Source: an uncultured Pelagibacteraceae bacterium (GTDB lineage Bacteria > Pseudomonadota > Alphaproteobacteria > Pelagibacterales > Pelagibacteraceae). From it: a DNA stretch of 64,000 nt. The position numbers were made by a program, and so were the translations under genes. This document shows positions 32,489-42,190 of the stretch, piece by piece. The stretch is taken from the NCBI GenBank assembly GCA_902624495.1, contig CACNYH010000002.1:8349-72348 (forward strand), read 5' to 3'. A model generated the notes under the pieces. That model was not told where the DNA came from. It did not search any database and saw only the letters and a list, made by a program, of their open reading frames with translations. Each line of letters opens with the position of its first letter. The first letter of the stretch is position 1.

Positions 32489-33219
32489 GTATTTTACAAG
32501 TTAAAAATGTAAGTAAATCTTTTGGCGGTGTTCAAGCTAACGTAGATATTTCTGTTTCGGTAGATCAGGGATCTATAGTTGGTTTAATAGGACCTAATGG
32601 TTCAGGTAAAACTACTTTATTTAATTCTATTGTTGGAACTCATCCGATTGATAAAGGATCAATTGTTTTTGATAATACAGAAGTTTCAGAAATGCCTGTG
32701 CCAGCCGTCGCCAAACTAGGTTTGTTAAGAACCTTTCAACAAACAAGAATTTATTCAAAACTTAATTGTGTAGAAAACATGCTTATAAGTCATAAAGCAA
32801 GTGACTCAGGATTTATTTTTGCAAAAGTGCCAACTGAACTTACTGAGAAGGCAGAAAATATTTTAAACTTTGTGGGTCTTTATCAAAAAAGAAATTTGAG
32901 AGCAGGTGATTTATCATTTGGACAACAAAAATTACTAGAATTAGCAATGGCTTTGATGAATGAACCTAAAATGCTTTTATTAGATGAGCCTACAGCTGGA
33001 ATTAATCCAACTTTAATTAATGGAATTATCGATAGACTGATTAAAATAAATAAAGATTATGGAATTACTTTATTAGTTATAGAGCACAATATGAAAGTAA
33101 TTATGAGTTTAGCCCAAAAAATTTTCTGTTTAGCCCACGGTAAAATGCTAGCAGAAGGTTCACCAGATCAAATTAAGAATGATAAGCGAGTTGTTGATGC
33201 TTATTTAGGAGCACAGTAA
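32485..33219 (+). CDS. BCAA-type ABC ATPase (LivG-like)
   Basis: GPNGSGKTT, LSFGQQK, LLDEP, AYLG. Confidence 0.9.
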   Translation: MSILQVKNVSKSFGGVQANVDISVSVDQGSIVGLIGPNGSGKTTLFNSIVGTHPIDKGSIVFDNTEVSEMPVPAVAKLGLLRTFQQTRIYSKLNCVENMLISHKASDSGFIFAKVPTELTEKAENILNFVGLYQKRNLRAGDLSFGQQKLLELAMALMNEPKMLLLDEPTAGINPTLINGIIDRLIKINKDYGITLLVIEHNMKVIMSLAQKIFCLAHGKMLAEGSPDQIKNDKRVVDAYLGAQ

Positions 33220-34004
33220 TGGTAAATCAATACGATGTTTTAGGTAAAGCACCTGGTTTAGAAGATTTAAATAAATTATCTCCTAACGACGTTCACCTAA
33301 CTATAAGAGGCTTAAATGCCGGCTATGGAAAAATGGAGATACTACATAATTTTGACTTAACAGTCAGTAAGGCTCAATCGTTATGTTTAATAGGGCCTAA
33401 CGGTGCAGGAAAATCTACAATTCTTCATTCCATATATGGATTTACAAATATTTTTGACGGAAAAATTGAATTAGAAGGAAATGAAATTACAACATTAACT
33501 CCTGCTCAGAAACTAAGTAAAGTAGGTATAGCTTATATCTTACAAGATAATTCAGTATTTCCTGATATGACAGTTGAGGAAAATCTTTTAATGGGTGGGT
33601 ACATTAAAGATAAACAGGACGAAGCTTATGAGGAAGCCGAGAGAATTTTTCAAAAATATGAGAGATTAAGAAATAGAAGAAATCAACCTGCAAAAGTTTT
33701 ATCAGGCGGTGAAAGAAGATTATTAGAAATTTCAAGAGCATTAGTTATGAAGCCATCAGTTTTATTAGTCGATGAACCATCAATTGGTTTGGAACCAAAA
33801 TATATAAATATGGTTTTTGAAATTTTAGAGGATCTTCAAAAAGCAGAGAAGAAAACAATAATACTTGTTGAACAAAACGCAAAAAAGGGATTAGAGTTTG
33901 CAGATATAGGTTACGTTTTAGTGTCTGGCCAAACAGCTATTGCGGGCAAAGGGGATGATCTTTTAAAAAATCCAGACGTAGGAAGATTATTCCTTGGTGG
34001 ATGA
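33219..34004 (+). CDS. BCAA-type ABC ATPase (LivF-like)
   Basis: GPNGAGKST, LSGGE, VDEPSIGL, VEQNA. Confidence 0.9.
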   Translation: MVNQYDVLGKAPGLEDLNKLSPNDVHLTIRGLNAGYGKMEILHNFDLTVSKAQSLCLIGPNGAGKSTILHSIYGFTNIFDGKIELEGNEITTLTPAQKLSKVGIAYILQDNSVFPDMTVEENLLMGGYIKDKQDEAYEEAERIFQKYERLRNRRNQPAKVLSGGERRLLEISRALVMKPSVLLVDEPSIGLEPKYINMVFEILEDLQKAEKKTIILVEQNAKKGLEFADIGYVLVSGQTAIAGKGDDLLKNPDVGRLFLGG

Positions 34005-34705
34005 TTAACTCACAAGCTTTCTTTACAGGTTTAAAATCTTTAAAAGGCGCAAGAAGTCCAGCGTTACCTTTGGCGGCTTGTTTTGTCGCTTTAGGAGCTT
34101 TACTGAAAGATGCTGGATTTAACCTTCAACAAAGTGCAGCATCAAGTTTTTTTACATATGCATTACCAGGACAACTAGTAATGGCGGAGTCATTATTATT
34201 AGGTGCATCTATCGTAAATATTTTTTTAGCAGTTTGGTTAGTTAACTTTAGACTTTATCCAATGACGGTTTCTTTATTTCCATTACTTGAACATAAGTCT
34301 CAACCTAAATGGAAATATTACTTATCTTGTCATTTTCTTGCAGTTACATCTTGGTTAATTGCTAAAGACGCTTATAAAAAGATTAATGCAAAATATCGAA
34401 TAGATTTTTGGATAGGCATTGGCACTGGAACTTGGTTAACAGCTGTACTGATGACAGTTATTGGGTACTTAGCAGCCGATCTTTTAAATAAAGAAATGTT
34501 AATTGGATTAGCAATTGTAAATCCAATTTACTTTTTTTGCATGATGATAGGCGCTATGAAAAACATAGCCATATCTATTTCGGTAATTTTAGGAACAACT
34601 TTAGGACCAGTAATTTATTTATTTTCTACTGAGTGGTCATTATTATTCGCTGGATTGATAGCTGGGACAGTCGCTTATTTATTTGGAGAAAAAGATGGCA
34701 AGTAG
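34001..34705 (+). CDS. azlC: AzlC family branched-chain amino acid exporter, large subunit
   Basis: YALPGQL, LVNFR, hydrophobic; paired with an AzlD-like gene. Confidence 0.8.
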   Translation: MINSQAFFTGLKSLKGARSPALPLAACFVALGALLKDAGFNLQQSAASSFFTYALPGQLVMAESLLLGASIVNIFLAVWLVNFRLYPMTVSLFPLLEHKSQPKWKYYLSCHFLAVTSWLIAKDAYKKINAKYRIDFWIGIGTGTWLTAVLMTVIGYLAADLLNKEMLIGLAIVNPIYFFCMMIGAMKNIAISISVILGTTLGPVIYLFSTEWSLLFAGLIAGTVAYLFGEKDGK

Positions 34706-35021
34706 TCAAATTATAATTATTGCAATTATAGCAACTTCAATTGCTACATATATATCTAGATTCATGGGAGCACTTACCTCAGAAAAAGTTAGTGTTAAAT
34801 CAAAAATTTTTAAATGGTTTAATTGTGTTGCCTATTCAACTTTGGCTGCACTACTTGGTCGAATGATAATATTTCCTGCTGGAGTTTTAGCGGACTCAGA
34901 ACTAACAGTAAGATTAATAGTATTTCTCACTTGCATTGCTATATTTATAATATCTAAAAAGAATTTAGTAATTCCTACCATTGCTTCAGCAATTTTATTA
35001 AGTTTTTTGACTAACATTTGA
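34695..35021 (+). CDS. azlD: AzlD domain-containing protein
   Basis: ATYISRF motif, small hydrophobic protein; start probably ATG 34695. Confidence 0.75.
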   Translation: MASSQIIIIAIIATSIATYISRFMGALTSEKVSVKSKIFKWFNCVAYSTLAALLGRMIIFPAGVLADSELTVRLIVFLTCIAIFIISKKNLVIPTIASAILLSFLTNI

Positions 35022-35039
35022 TTTGTGGTAAAATTAAAG

Positions 35040-35096
35040 ATGGAACCAATTTTAGCAATTTTTATTGTTTTATGGATCATGGGCACTATTGATTAA
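35040..35096 (+). CDS. Putative 18-aa hydrophobic microprotein MEPILAIFIVLWIMGTID
   Basis: ATG 35040 to TAA 35096, immediately followed by the glaH ATG; composition of one TM helix. Confidence 0.45.
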   Translation: MEPILAIFIVLWIMGTID

Positions 35097-35993
35097 ATGA
35101 GCTTTTCAATTTCAGATCATAATAACTCTAAAAGAGTTCGTGTAATAAAGTTAAATGAAAGCGACCTAGATAGGCTGATTTTTCCTTTTAAAAAACATTC
35201 AATTTTATCTCTAGAATACAAACCATTTTCGAGATTTAGCCTTGCCAAAAGCTTGGATGAAGTATTTCAAAATAAGTTAAGTAAGACTTTAAATGATATT
35301 CTTAATGATCGAAAAACCGGAACTGCTATCGTTGAGCCTGATATAAAAAATAAGAAGTTTGATAAAGATTTTTTAGTGAAGCTCTCAACAGGTCTTGCTT
35401 ATCTAGTTGGTAATCCAAACTTTGACTCAATGACCGGAAAATATTACGCAAGATTTTATGTCAAACACCAAGATAGCAGCGACTCTTATTTAAGAAAGGC
35501 TTATACAAATTTAGATCTTCACACAGATGGAACGTATGTAAAAGAGAAAACTGATTGGATTATAATGACGAAAATGGAAGAGCAGAATGTCGGTGGAGGA
35601 GAAAGTGTAATTTTACATTTAGATGATTGGGAACATTTGGAAGATTTAAGTAATGATCCTATTGGACAAGAAGATTTTGTCTGGGGGTCACCTAAAAGTA
35701 AAAATGTTGATTATAAAGTAGAACACCCCGTATTTTCAAAAGATAAAAATGGCAAACCTACTATCTCCTATATTGATCAATTTCCTGAGCCAAGAAATAT
35801 GAAACAAGGTTTATTTTTACAGAAACTCTCAGATGCTTTAGAGCAAAGTAAAAATAAAATAAGCTTTCCTTTGCCTGTTGGATCGACAATTTTCTCTAAC
35901 AACTATTTTTGGTTGCATGGAAGAAAAGCTTTTAAAGAGCATTCTGGGTTATCAAGAGAATTATTGAGAATTCGAGGAACTTTTTTCAATTAA
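35097..35993 (+). CDS. glaH: Glutarate 2-hydroxylase (CsiD/GlaH), Fe(II)/2-oxoglutarate dioxygenase
   Basis: LEYKPFSRF, FDSMTGKYYARF, DSYLR, LHTDGT (HxD), WLHGR, RELLRIRG. Confidence 0.9.
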   Translation: MSFSISDHNNSKRVRVIKLNESDLDRLIFPFKKHSILSLEYKPFSRFSLAKSLDEVFQNKLSKTLNDILNDRKTGTAIVEPDIKNKKFDKDFLVKLSTGLAYLVGNPNFDSMTGKYYARFYVKHQDSSDSYLRKAYTNLDLHTDGTYVKEKTDWIIMTKMEEQNVGGGESVILHLDDWEHLEDLSNDPIGQEDFVWGSPKSKNVDYKVEHPVFSKDKNGKPTISYIDQFPEPRNMKQGLFLQKLSDALEQSKNKISFPLPVGSTIFSNNYFWLHGRKAFKEHSGLSRELLRIRGTFFN

Positions 35994-36059
35994 TACATAG
36001 TTGACTCTAGATAAGATATTTATTTTAATAAGTATAATTAATAAACACAGGGGGAAATA

Positions 36060-37052
36060 ATGTTAAATAAGTTCAAAAAACTTATCAGCCTAGTTTTCGC
36101 GACTGTTCTTTTAACTTCAGTTTCAAACACATCTTTTGCTGCTGACAAATTACACTTTGTAATTGGCGGTGGTGCTGGTGGTGGTTGGGATGGAACTGCT
36201 AGAGGAACTGGTGAAGCTTTAACTAAAGCTGGTTTTTTAAATAGTGCATCATTTGAAAATATGTCAGGTGGTGGTGGAGGAAAAGCTTTATCATACATGA
36301 TAAATACTAAACCTTCAGATACGATATTAGTTCAATCTACTCCATTAGTTCTAAGATCAATAACTAGACACTCTGGTTATGTAGATAAAAAAAACGCAGC
36401 CAAGGTTACATCTTATAAAGATGTTGTGCCAATAGCTGGCGTTATTGGTGATTACGGTGCGATCGTTGCTGCAAAAAATTCACCTTATAACTCTTGGAAA
36501 GATGTAGTTGCTGCTTACAAAGCTAATCCAAAATCAGTTAAAATGGCCGGTGGATCTGTTAGAGGTAGTATGGATCATTTAATTGGTGCTTTAGCATTCA
36601 AAGAAGCTGGTGCTAACCCAAATGATGTTGTTTACATTCCTTACGATGCAGGTGGTAAAGCTTTGGCAGGACTCCTATCAGGTGAAACTCAAATTCTTTC
36701 AACTGGTTTAGGTGAAGTAATGGGCGCTAGAGATCAAGTGAAAATTCTTGGTATTACAGCTCCTAAAAGAGTTGCTGACGCTCCAGATGTTCCAACGTTA
36801 AAAGAGCAAGGTACAAATGCAATCTTCGTAAATTGGAGAGGTTTCTTTGGCCCTCCAGGTATGAGTGATGGCGATAGAAAAAAAATTGCCAAAATGTTGG
36901 GTGATGTTCAAAAAACACCTGAATGGGAAGCAGTAAGAAAAAGAAATGCTTGGGTAAATATTTATAATCCAGACAAAAAATTCGTTAAATTTTTAGAAAA
37001 ACAAACAGTTGAAATGACTGGGTTGTTAAAAAATTTAGGCGTAATTAAATAA
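36060..37052 (+). CDS. tctC: Tripartite tricarboxylate transporter substrate-binding protein (TctC/Bug)
   Basis: GAGGGWDGTAR, ENMSGGGG, GSMDH, PTLKEQG, NWRG. Confidence 0.92.
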   Translation: MLNKFKKLISLVFATVLLTSVSNTSFAADKLHFVIGGGAGGGWDGTARGTGEALTKAGFLNSASFENMSGGGGGKALSYMINTKPSDTILVQSTPLVLRSITRHSGYVDKKNAAKVTSYKDVVPIAGVIGDYGAIVAAKNSPYNSWKDVVAAYKANPKSVKMAGGSVRGSMDHLIGALAFKEAGANPNDVVYIPYDAGGKALAGLLSGETQILSTGLGEVMGARDQVKILGITAPKRVADAPDVPTLKEQGTNAIFVNWRGFFGPPGMSDGDRKKIAKMLGDVQKTPEWEAVRKRNAWVNIYNPDKKFVKFLEKQTVEMTGLLKNLGVIK

Positions 37053-37070
37053 ATAATTAAGGAAAGAGCA

Positions 37071-37541
37071 GTGAAAATAAGTCCCTCAAAGATTATTTCA
37101 CTGCTCTTTTTTATTTTTTCAGGTTTCTATCTTTATACAGCGCATCAAATTCATGTTTTTACTTTTGATGAAAATGCAGCATTTAATGCAAAAACGTTTC
37201 CAATTTATTTGGGCTATGCAGGCTTAATATTTTCTGCACTTTATGTTGTTTTGCCAGAAACAAGACCTTCAAATGTAGATTTAACAGTTTTAGATTATAA
37301 AAAAACAATCACGTTGGTTATACTTATGATTTTGTATGGACTAACAATTTTAAGAGTAGGATATTTTCTGTCAACTTCAATTTTTTTAGTTTTATCTTAT
37401 ATTGTTTTAGGTGAGAGAAAATGGTTATGGATATTTCTTTTATCATTTCCTTTCGTAGCAATGTTTATGTATCTCCTTCACGGACTATTAAATATTTATC
37501 TTCGTGATCCATTTTTGCAATACATTGGAGTTATGGGATGA
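37071..37541 (+). CDS. tctB: TTT small membrane subunit
   Basis: About 4 TM, AKTFP; between tctC and tctA. Confidence 0.87.
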   Translation: MKISPSKIISLLFFIFSGFYLYTAHQIHVFTFDENAAFNAKTFPIYLGYAGLIFSALYVVLPETRPSNVDLTVLDYKKTITLVILMILYGLTILRVGYFLSTSIFLVLSYIVLGERKWLWIFLLSFPFVAMFMYLLHGLLNIYLRDPFLQYIGVMG

Positions 37542-39037
37542 TCGAAGGAATACTCATTGGGTTAGAAACCGCTTTTTCATTAAAAAATTTAATGATGGTG
37601 ATGATCGGTTGTTTTGCTGGAACCATAATCGGAATGCTTCCAGGTTTAGGACCCATGACTGCAATAGCATTAATGATACCAATCACTTATGGTTTTGAAC
37701 CATCAACAGGTTTAATTTTAATGGCAGGCGTTTATTATGGAGCAGTTTTTGGCGGATCTACATCGTCAATTTTAATAAATGCACCAGGAATACCAGGGAC
37801 AGTAGCAACTTCATTTGACGGTTATCCAATGGCACAACAAGGAAAAGCTGGCAAGGCACTAGCTATTGCGGCTTATAGTTCTTTTGCGGGAGGAACAATA
37901 GCTGCAATTTTTCTTTTAATTGCTGCACCAAGTTTATCAAAAGTAAGTTTGGCTTTTAGATCCCCAGATTACTTTGGATTAATGATACTTGGTTTGACTG
38001 CTGTTTCGGCTTTTTCTGCAAAAGGACATTTTCTTAAAGCAATGATGATGGTTGTATTAGGTTTAATGTTGGCAAGTGTCGGTCAAGATACACTTTCGGA
38101 TATACCAAGATTTACCTTTCAAAATATGAATCTATCTGACGGCATAAGCTTTGTTTTAGTTGTCATGGCAACCTTTGCTATGAGTGAAGCCTTAACTATA
38201 ATTTTTAAAGCAAATGACCCAACGCGGGTTGCAAAACAAATTTCTTTGTCACAACTTGGCTCAATTAAACTAGACAAAAATGAGACAAAAAAAATGGTAA
38301 CAACTATTCCAAGATCGTCTGTATTAGGTTTTATTATAGGAGTTCTACCAGGTGCAGGTTCAACAATAGCGTCTTTTTTAGCTTATGGAATGGAAAGAAA
38401 TTTTGTTAATGATGAAGAAAAACAAAAATTTGGAAAAGGAAGTGTTAATGGATTAGCCGCTCCTGAAACTGCTAATAATGCGGCTTGCTCAGGATCTTTC
38501 GTACCATTACTAACTTTAGGAATACCTGGTAGCGGAACTACAGCGGTAATGTTAGGAGCGCTGTTAGGTTTCGGCATACAACCAGGTCCAAGACTATATC
38601 AAACAAATCCTGAAATTTTCTGGTCAGTTATAATGTCTATGTATATTGGAATGGTAATTTTATTAATTTTAAATCTACCTTTAATTCCATATATTGCCAG
38701 AGTATTGGCAACGCCAAGATCATTTTTGATACCTTTAATTTTGTTTTTTTCAGTGACTGGTATTTATTTAATGTCTTTTAATAATTTCGATATTTATATG
38801 ATGATAGGTATTGCTGTAGTAGCCACTGTCCTTCGATTATATGATTTTCCAATGCCACCATTAATCTTAGCTTTTGTATTAGGAGGGCTAATGGAAGAAA
38901 ATTTGAGAAGATCCTTGTTAATCAGCGATGGTTCATGGTCTTTTTTATGGGATAGACCATTGACTATCGTGATAATGTTAACAATTTTTTTTATTGTGGG
39001 ATGGCAGATTTATAAGAGTTTTTTCAAAAAAAACTGA
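37538..39037 (+). CDS. tctA: TTT large membrane subunit
   Basis: GMLPGLG, YYGAVFGGS, PETANNA, LTLGIPG. Confidence 0.94.
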   Translation: MIEGILIGLETAFSLKNLMMVMIGCFAGTIIGMLPGLGPMTAIALMIPITYGFEPSTGLILMAGVYYGAVFGGSTSSILINAPGIPGTVATSFDGYPMAQQGKAGKALAIAAYSSFAGGTIAAIFLLIAAPSLSKVSLAFRSPDYFGLMILGLTAVSAFSAKGHFLKAMMMVVLGLMLASVGQDTLSDIPRFTFQNMNLSDGISFVLVVMATFAMSEALTIIFKANDPTRVAKQISLSQLGSIKLDKNETKKMVTTIPRSSVLGFIIGVLPGAGSTIASFLAYGMERNFVNDEEKQKFGKGSVNGLAAPETANNAACSGSFVPLLTLGIPGSGTTAVMLGALLGFGIQPGPRLYQTNPEIFWSVIMSMYIGMVILLILNLPLIPYIARVLATPRSFLIPLILFFSVTGIYLMSFNNFDIYMMIGIAVVATVLRLYDFPMPPLILAFVLGGLMEENLRRSLLISDGSWSFLWDRPLTIVIMLTIFFIVGWQIYKSFFKKN

Positions 39038-39187
39038 CAATATAAAGGTTAATTGTTGCTATTTTGTCACACAAAAACTTAAATTTTTCAACAATTCGAG
39101 CATAAATGTAAGATTTTAAATATTTGACCACAACAAATACTATGTGTAAGAAAAGCTTAACGTTAATTTATAAATTAAGGACTAAGT

Positions 39188-39847
39188 ATGAAAAAAATAC
39201 ATCAAATGTTCATCTTTATAATTATGCTTGCGTTCTCGAGCGCATCATATGCGGAGATGAAATATGGTGTGTCAGGTGCTCTAACTTTTATTGATGCAAC
39301 GGGTACTGAGACAGAGGGTGGCGAAAAAAATAACGGCGACGCTGACAACATAGTTGTTATACCGTCAGTTTTCGCAGAATATGCTTTCTCAGATACGGTA
39401 TCAATTGGTTTAGATTACATTCCATTTAAAGCTGATGTTAGTGATAAAACTGAAAAAAGATCTGATACTGAAACATCAGTGACTGGAACAGCGACTACAA
39501 CGTCGACTTCTAGAACTCAGTCAGCTCAAGCGGAATTAGAGAACCACGTAACCCTATATGCAAACTATTATCTTGGTAATGGTGCGTATTTTAAAGGTGG
39601 AGTTGCGAATGTTACTCTTAACACAGACGAGTCTTTAGGAACTGGATCAAAATACGGAAACGTAGACATTATGGGTTATGTTGTTGGTTTTGGTGTTGAG
39701 TCAGGAAACTGGAGAACTGAAGTTGCTTACACGGATTACGAAGATATTAGTTTAACTTCTACTGTTGCAAGAACTGGTGTTACGACAAACAACAAAATCG
39801 AAGCAGATTTAGACACACTAGCATTAAGAGTATCTTACGCTTTTTAG
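39188..39847 (+). CDS. Outer-membrane beta-barrel protein
   Basis: Signal peptide, alternating beta strands, C-terminal RVSYAF motif, Thr-rich loops. Confidence 0.8.
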   Translation: MKKIHQMFIFIIMLAFSSASYAEMKYGVSGALTFIDATGTETEGGEKNNGDADNIVVIPSVFAEYAFSDTVSIGLDYIPFKADVSDKTEKRSDTETSVTGTATTTSTSRTQSAQAELENHVTLYANYYLGNGAYFKGGVANVTLNTDESLGTGSKYGNVDIMGYVVGFGVESGNWRTEVAYTDYEDISLTSTVARTGVTTNNKIEADLDTLALRVSYAF

Positions 39848-39874
39848 TTTAGGATATTTTTAATATAGAAATTT

Positions 39875-39903
39875 AAAACCCACCGTTAAACGGTGGGTTT
39901 TTT
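39875..39903. terminator. Bidirectional intrinsic terminator
   Basis: AAAACCCACCGTT...AACGGTGGGTTTTTT between the convergent OMP and doxX genes. Confidence 0.88.
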
Positions 39904-39905
39904 AT

Positions 39906-40292
39906 TTATAGCCTAACGTATTTTTTTTCTTTATCCACTGACCATTCTTTTGTTCCATTAGCCACGATAAATAAAAATCCTCCAGCTAAACCTATATTTT
40001 TTAAAAATAAAATAAATTGTGTTTGATTTGTAAAATCAAAGTGAAAAATAAAAGCTGTTAAGATACAAAAAATTGCTAAAAGACCAGCTGAAATTCTTGC
40101 TTGGTAACCTATTATTATAAATAAAGGCAAAATAATTTCTAATGCGATCGTAGGATAAAGCAAAAATCCAGGTACCCCAAATCCTTCCATCCACCCCATA
40201 GTTCCATCAATACTAAAAATTTTGTTATAAGCTGAAATAAGAAATAAAGCCGAAATCAAAATTCTACCAATTAAGTCCAAAAGATTAGCCAT
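39906..40292 (-). CDS. DoxX family membrane protein
   Basis: GRILISALF, LTAFIFH, FLKNIGLAGG. Confidence 0.88.
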   Translation of the reverse strand: MANLLDLIGRILISALFLISAYNKIFSIDGTMGWMEGFGVPGFLLYPTIALEIILPLFIIIGYQARISAGLLAIFCILTAFIFHFDFTNQTQFILFLKNIGLAGGFLFIVANGTKEWSVDKEKKYVRL

Positions 40293-40298
40293 TAAAAA

Positions 40299-40327
40299 AA
40301 ATTAGAATGATTTTTGATTAATGTCAA
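40299..40327 (-). promoter_or_regulatory. Putative sigma70 promoter of doxX (likely leaderless)
   Basis: Minus strand TTGACA-17 nt-TAATTT-6 nt-ATG. Confidence 0.6.
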
Positions 40328-40343
40328 AAAAAGATTGTTTAAT

Positions 40344-41420
40344 TCAGGTTTTTTTTAAAAGTCTCAGTATTACAGGCACTATAAACAATATCATTAATAA
40401 GCGGATGATATGGTGAAAAGAAACAAATTCTGGATCAAGGTCGAAAAAGATTGCAATGACAGCTACCTCATAAATTCCTCCAGGGCAGTACGATAGCAAC
40501 AATGTAAAGAAGTTTTTATCAATTATTAATCCCGCAAAGACTGCTGCAGCAACACCTAATGCTACTAATAAGAAAGTTGCTACAAAACTATGTAATGCGT
40601 TTCTTCCTATTTCACTTAAAGTTTTACCGGCAAATCTACATCCCACTGAGGAACCTAAAATTAATAAACAATAATCGATAATGTTAGGAGATATTTGATA
40701 ACTTGCAACCTCTGTGATTTGCAGTAAACCACTTGCTACTAAAGTTCCTGTTAATAAAGCAGCTGGAACTTTTAATTTGTCAAAGAACAAAATCAAAATT
40801 ACCGACAATAAAATTAAAATTATTAAGTGATATAAATTTTGATTTGTGATTACTTTTTCAGAAATATTTACGCTATCTACATCGTAAAAACTATTCACAA
40901 TGAAAGGAAAAACTGTAATTATAATAATTAATCTTATTAGATGAGATGTAGCTACTTGACTTAGATCAGTCTTTGCATCTTCAGCCAATATCATTAATGG
41001 ACCTAATGCACCTGGTGCAGCTGAAAAAATAGAAGTTTTTTTCTCATATTTAGAAAACTTTTCTAAATATTTTGAAACGATTAGAACACTTAAAATTATG
41101 TAAATTAACATTATAAAAGAGGTCCAGATCCAATCTTGCATTTGACTAAATAAATCTTTGTCTATGTAGTTACCAATATAAAGACCAAGAATAATTAATA
41201 TCGAGGATAATACTAATCTTGGCATTTTAGTTTTAAGACCCATCAATGAAGCCAAAGAAGTTATTAGCATTGGCCCTAAGAACCATGCTAAAGGAATCTT
41301 AAAATATTCAGCAATTACAGCACTTGGTATTGATATTATGATTACAGATATAAACGGTATTGAAAATATCTGTTTAAAATTTTCTTTATTAAAAGGAATA
41401 GCTTGGTTATTCTGCATCAT
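40344..41420 (-). CDS. AbrB family membrane protein (annotated elsewhere as putative ammonia monooxygenase)
   Basis: PLAWFLGPM, APGAL, HLIRL, duplicated in PAALLTG...PGG..E...HIIRL. Confidence 0.85.
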   Translation of the reverse strand: MMQNNQAIPFNKENFKQIFSIPFISVIIISIPSAVIAEYFKIPLAWFLGPMLITSLASLMGLKTKMPRLVLSSILIILGLYIGNYIDKDLFSQMQDWIWTSFIMLIYIILSVLIVSKYLEKFSKYEKKTSIFSAAPGALGPLMILAEDAKTDLSQVATSHLIRLIIIITVFPFIVNSFYDVDSVNISEKVITNQNLYHLIILILLSVILILFFDKLKVPAALLTGTLVASGLLQITEVASYQISPNIIDYCLLILGSSVGCRFAGKTLSEIGRNALHSFVATFLLVALGVAAAVFAGLIIDKNFFTLLLSYCPGGIYEVAVIAIFFDLDPEFVSFHHIIRLLMILFIVPVILRLLKKT

Positions 41421-41422
41421 TC

Positions 41423-42187
41423 ATGATTTTAGGATTTATAGGAACTGGTAAAATTTCATCATCAATTATCTTTGGTATTTTTAAATCAAAGCTCAAAATT
41501 AAGAGAATTTATATATCTTCAAGAAATAGAAACCTAGCTAAAAAACTATCTAAAAGTTATGGAAAAGTAAAAGTATTAAACAATAATCAAGAAATAATAG
41601 ATAAATCCTCAGTAATATTATTAGGTGTAACACCTAATGTTGGTAATAAAATATTACCTAAATTAAAATTTTCGAAAAATAAAAAAATAATAAGTCTTAT
41701 TTCAACAATTAATTTGGATAAACTTAAAAGAATTACTAAAAATAAAAATATTGCTAGAGCCACACCCTTACCTCCAATCGAAATTAAAAAAGGGCCAATT
41801 ATTATTTGTCCACCAAGTAAATTTGCTAAAAATATTTTCAAACATTTAGGGCAAGTTTTAGAAGTAAGAAATGAAAAACTAAGCTATAAGTTTTGGTCTA
41901 CCGCTTCTTTAATGGCGACATACTATGAGGTACTTAATACGAGTTCTAAATGGTTGAGCAAGAAAGGTATTAACAAAAAATTAGCTGATACATATATAGC
42001 TGAATTATTTTTAGCATTGAGTCAGGATGCACTAAATAAATCATCTCAAGGGTTTAAAAAACTCGTAGCGGACTCACAAACACCAAAAGGCCTTAATATG
42101 CAGGTTCTTAATGAATTGAAAAAAGGAAAATTCTTTACTAAATTTAGTAAAGCTCTTGATAATGTTTATAAAAGAGTAAGTAAGTAA
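41423..42187 (+). CDS. proC: Pyrroline-5-carboxylate reductase family protein
   Basis: GFIGTGKI Rossmann motif, RATPLPP, TPKGLN. Confidence 0.75.
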   Translation: MILGFIGTGKISSSIIFGIFKSKLKIKRIYISSRNRNLAKKLSKSYGKVKVLNNNQEIIDKSSVILLGVTPNVGNKILPKLKFSKNKKIISLISTINLDKLKRITKNKNIARATPLPPIEIKKGPIIICPPSKFAKNIFKHLGQVLEVRNEKLSYKFWSTASLMATYYEVLNTSSKWLSKKGINKKLADTYIAELFLALSQDALNKSSQGFKKLVADSQTPKGLNMQVLNELKKGKFFTKFSKALDNVYKRVSK

Positions 42188-42190
42188 ATC

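Noticed and set aside
34832-35086. Minus-strand 84-aa ORF spanning azlD and the azlD-glaH gap
   Set aside because: Antisense to azlD within a long plus-strand operon; the plus-strand micro-ORF explains the gap better.
40344-41420. Ammonia monooxygenase function for the AbrB-family protein
   Set aside because: That label is a legacy family annotation; no amoCAB-like genes or motifs are present.
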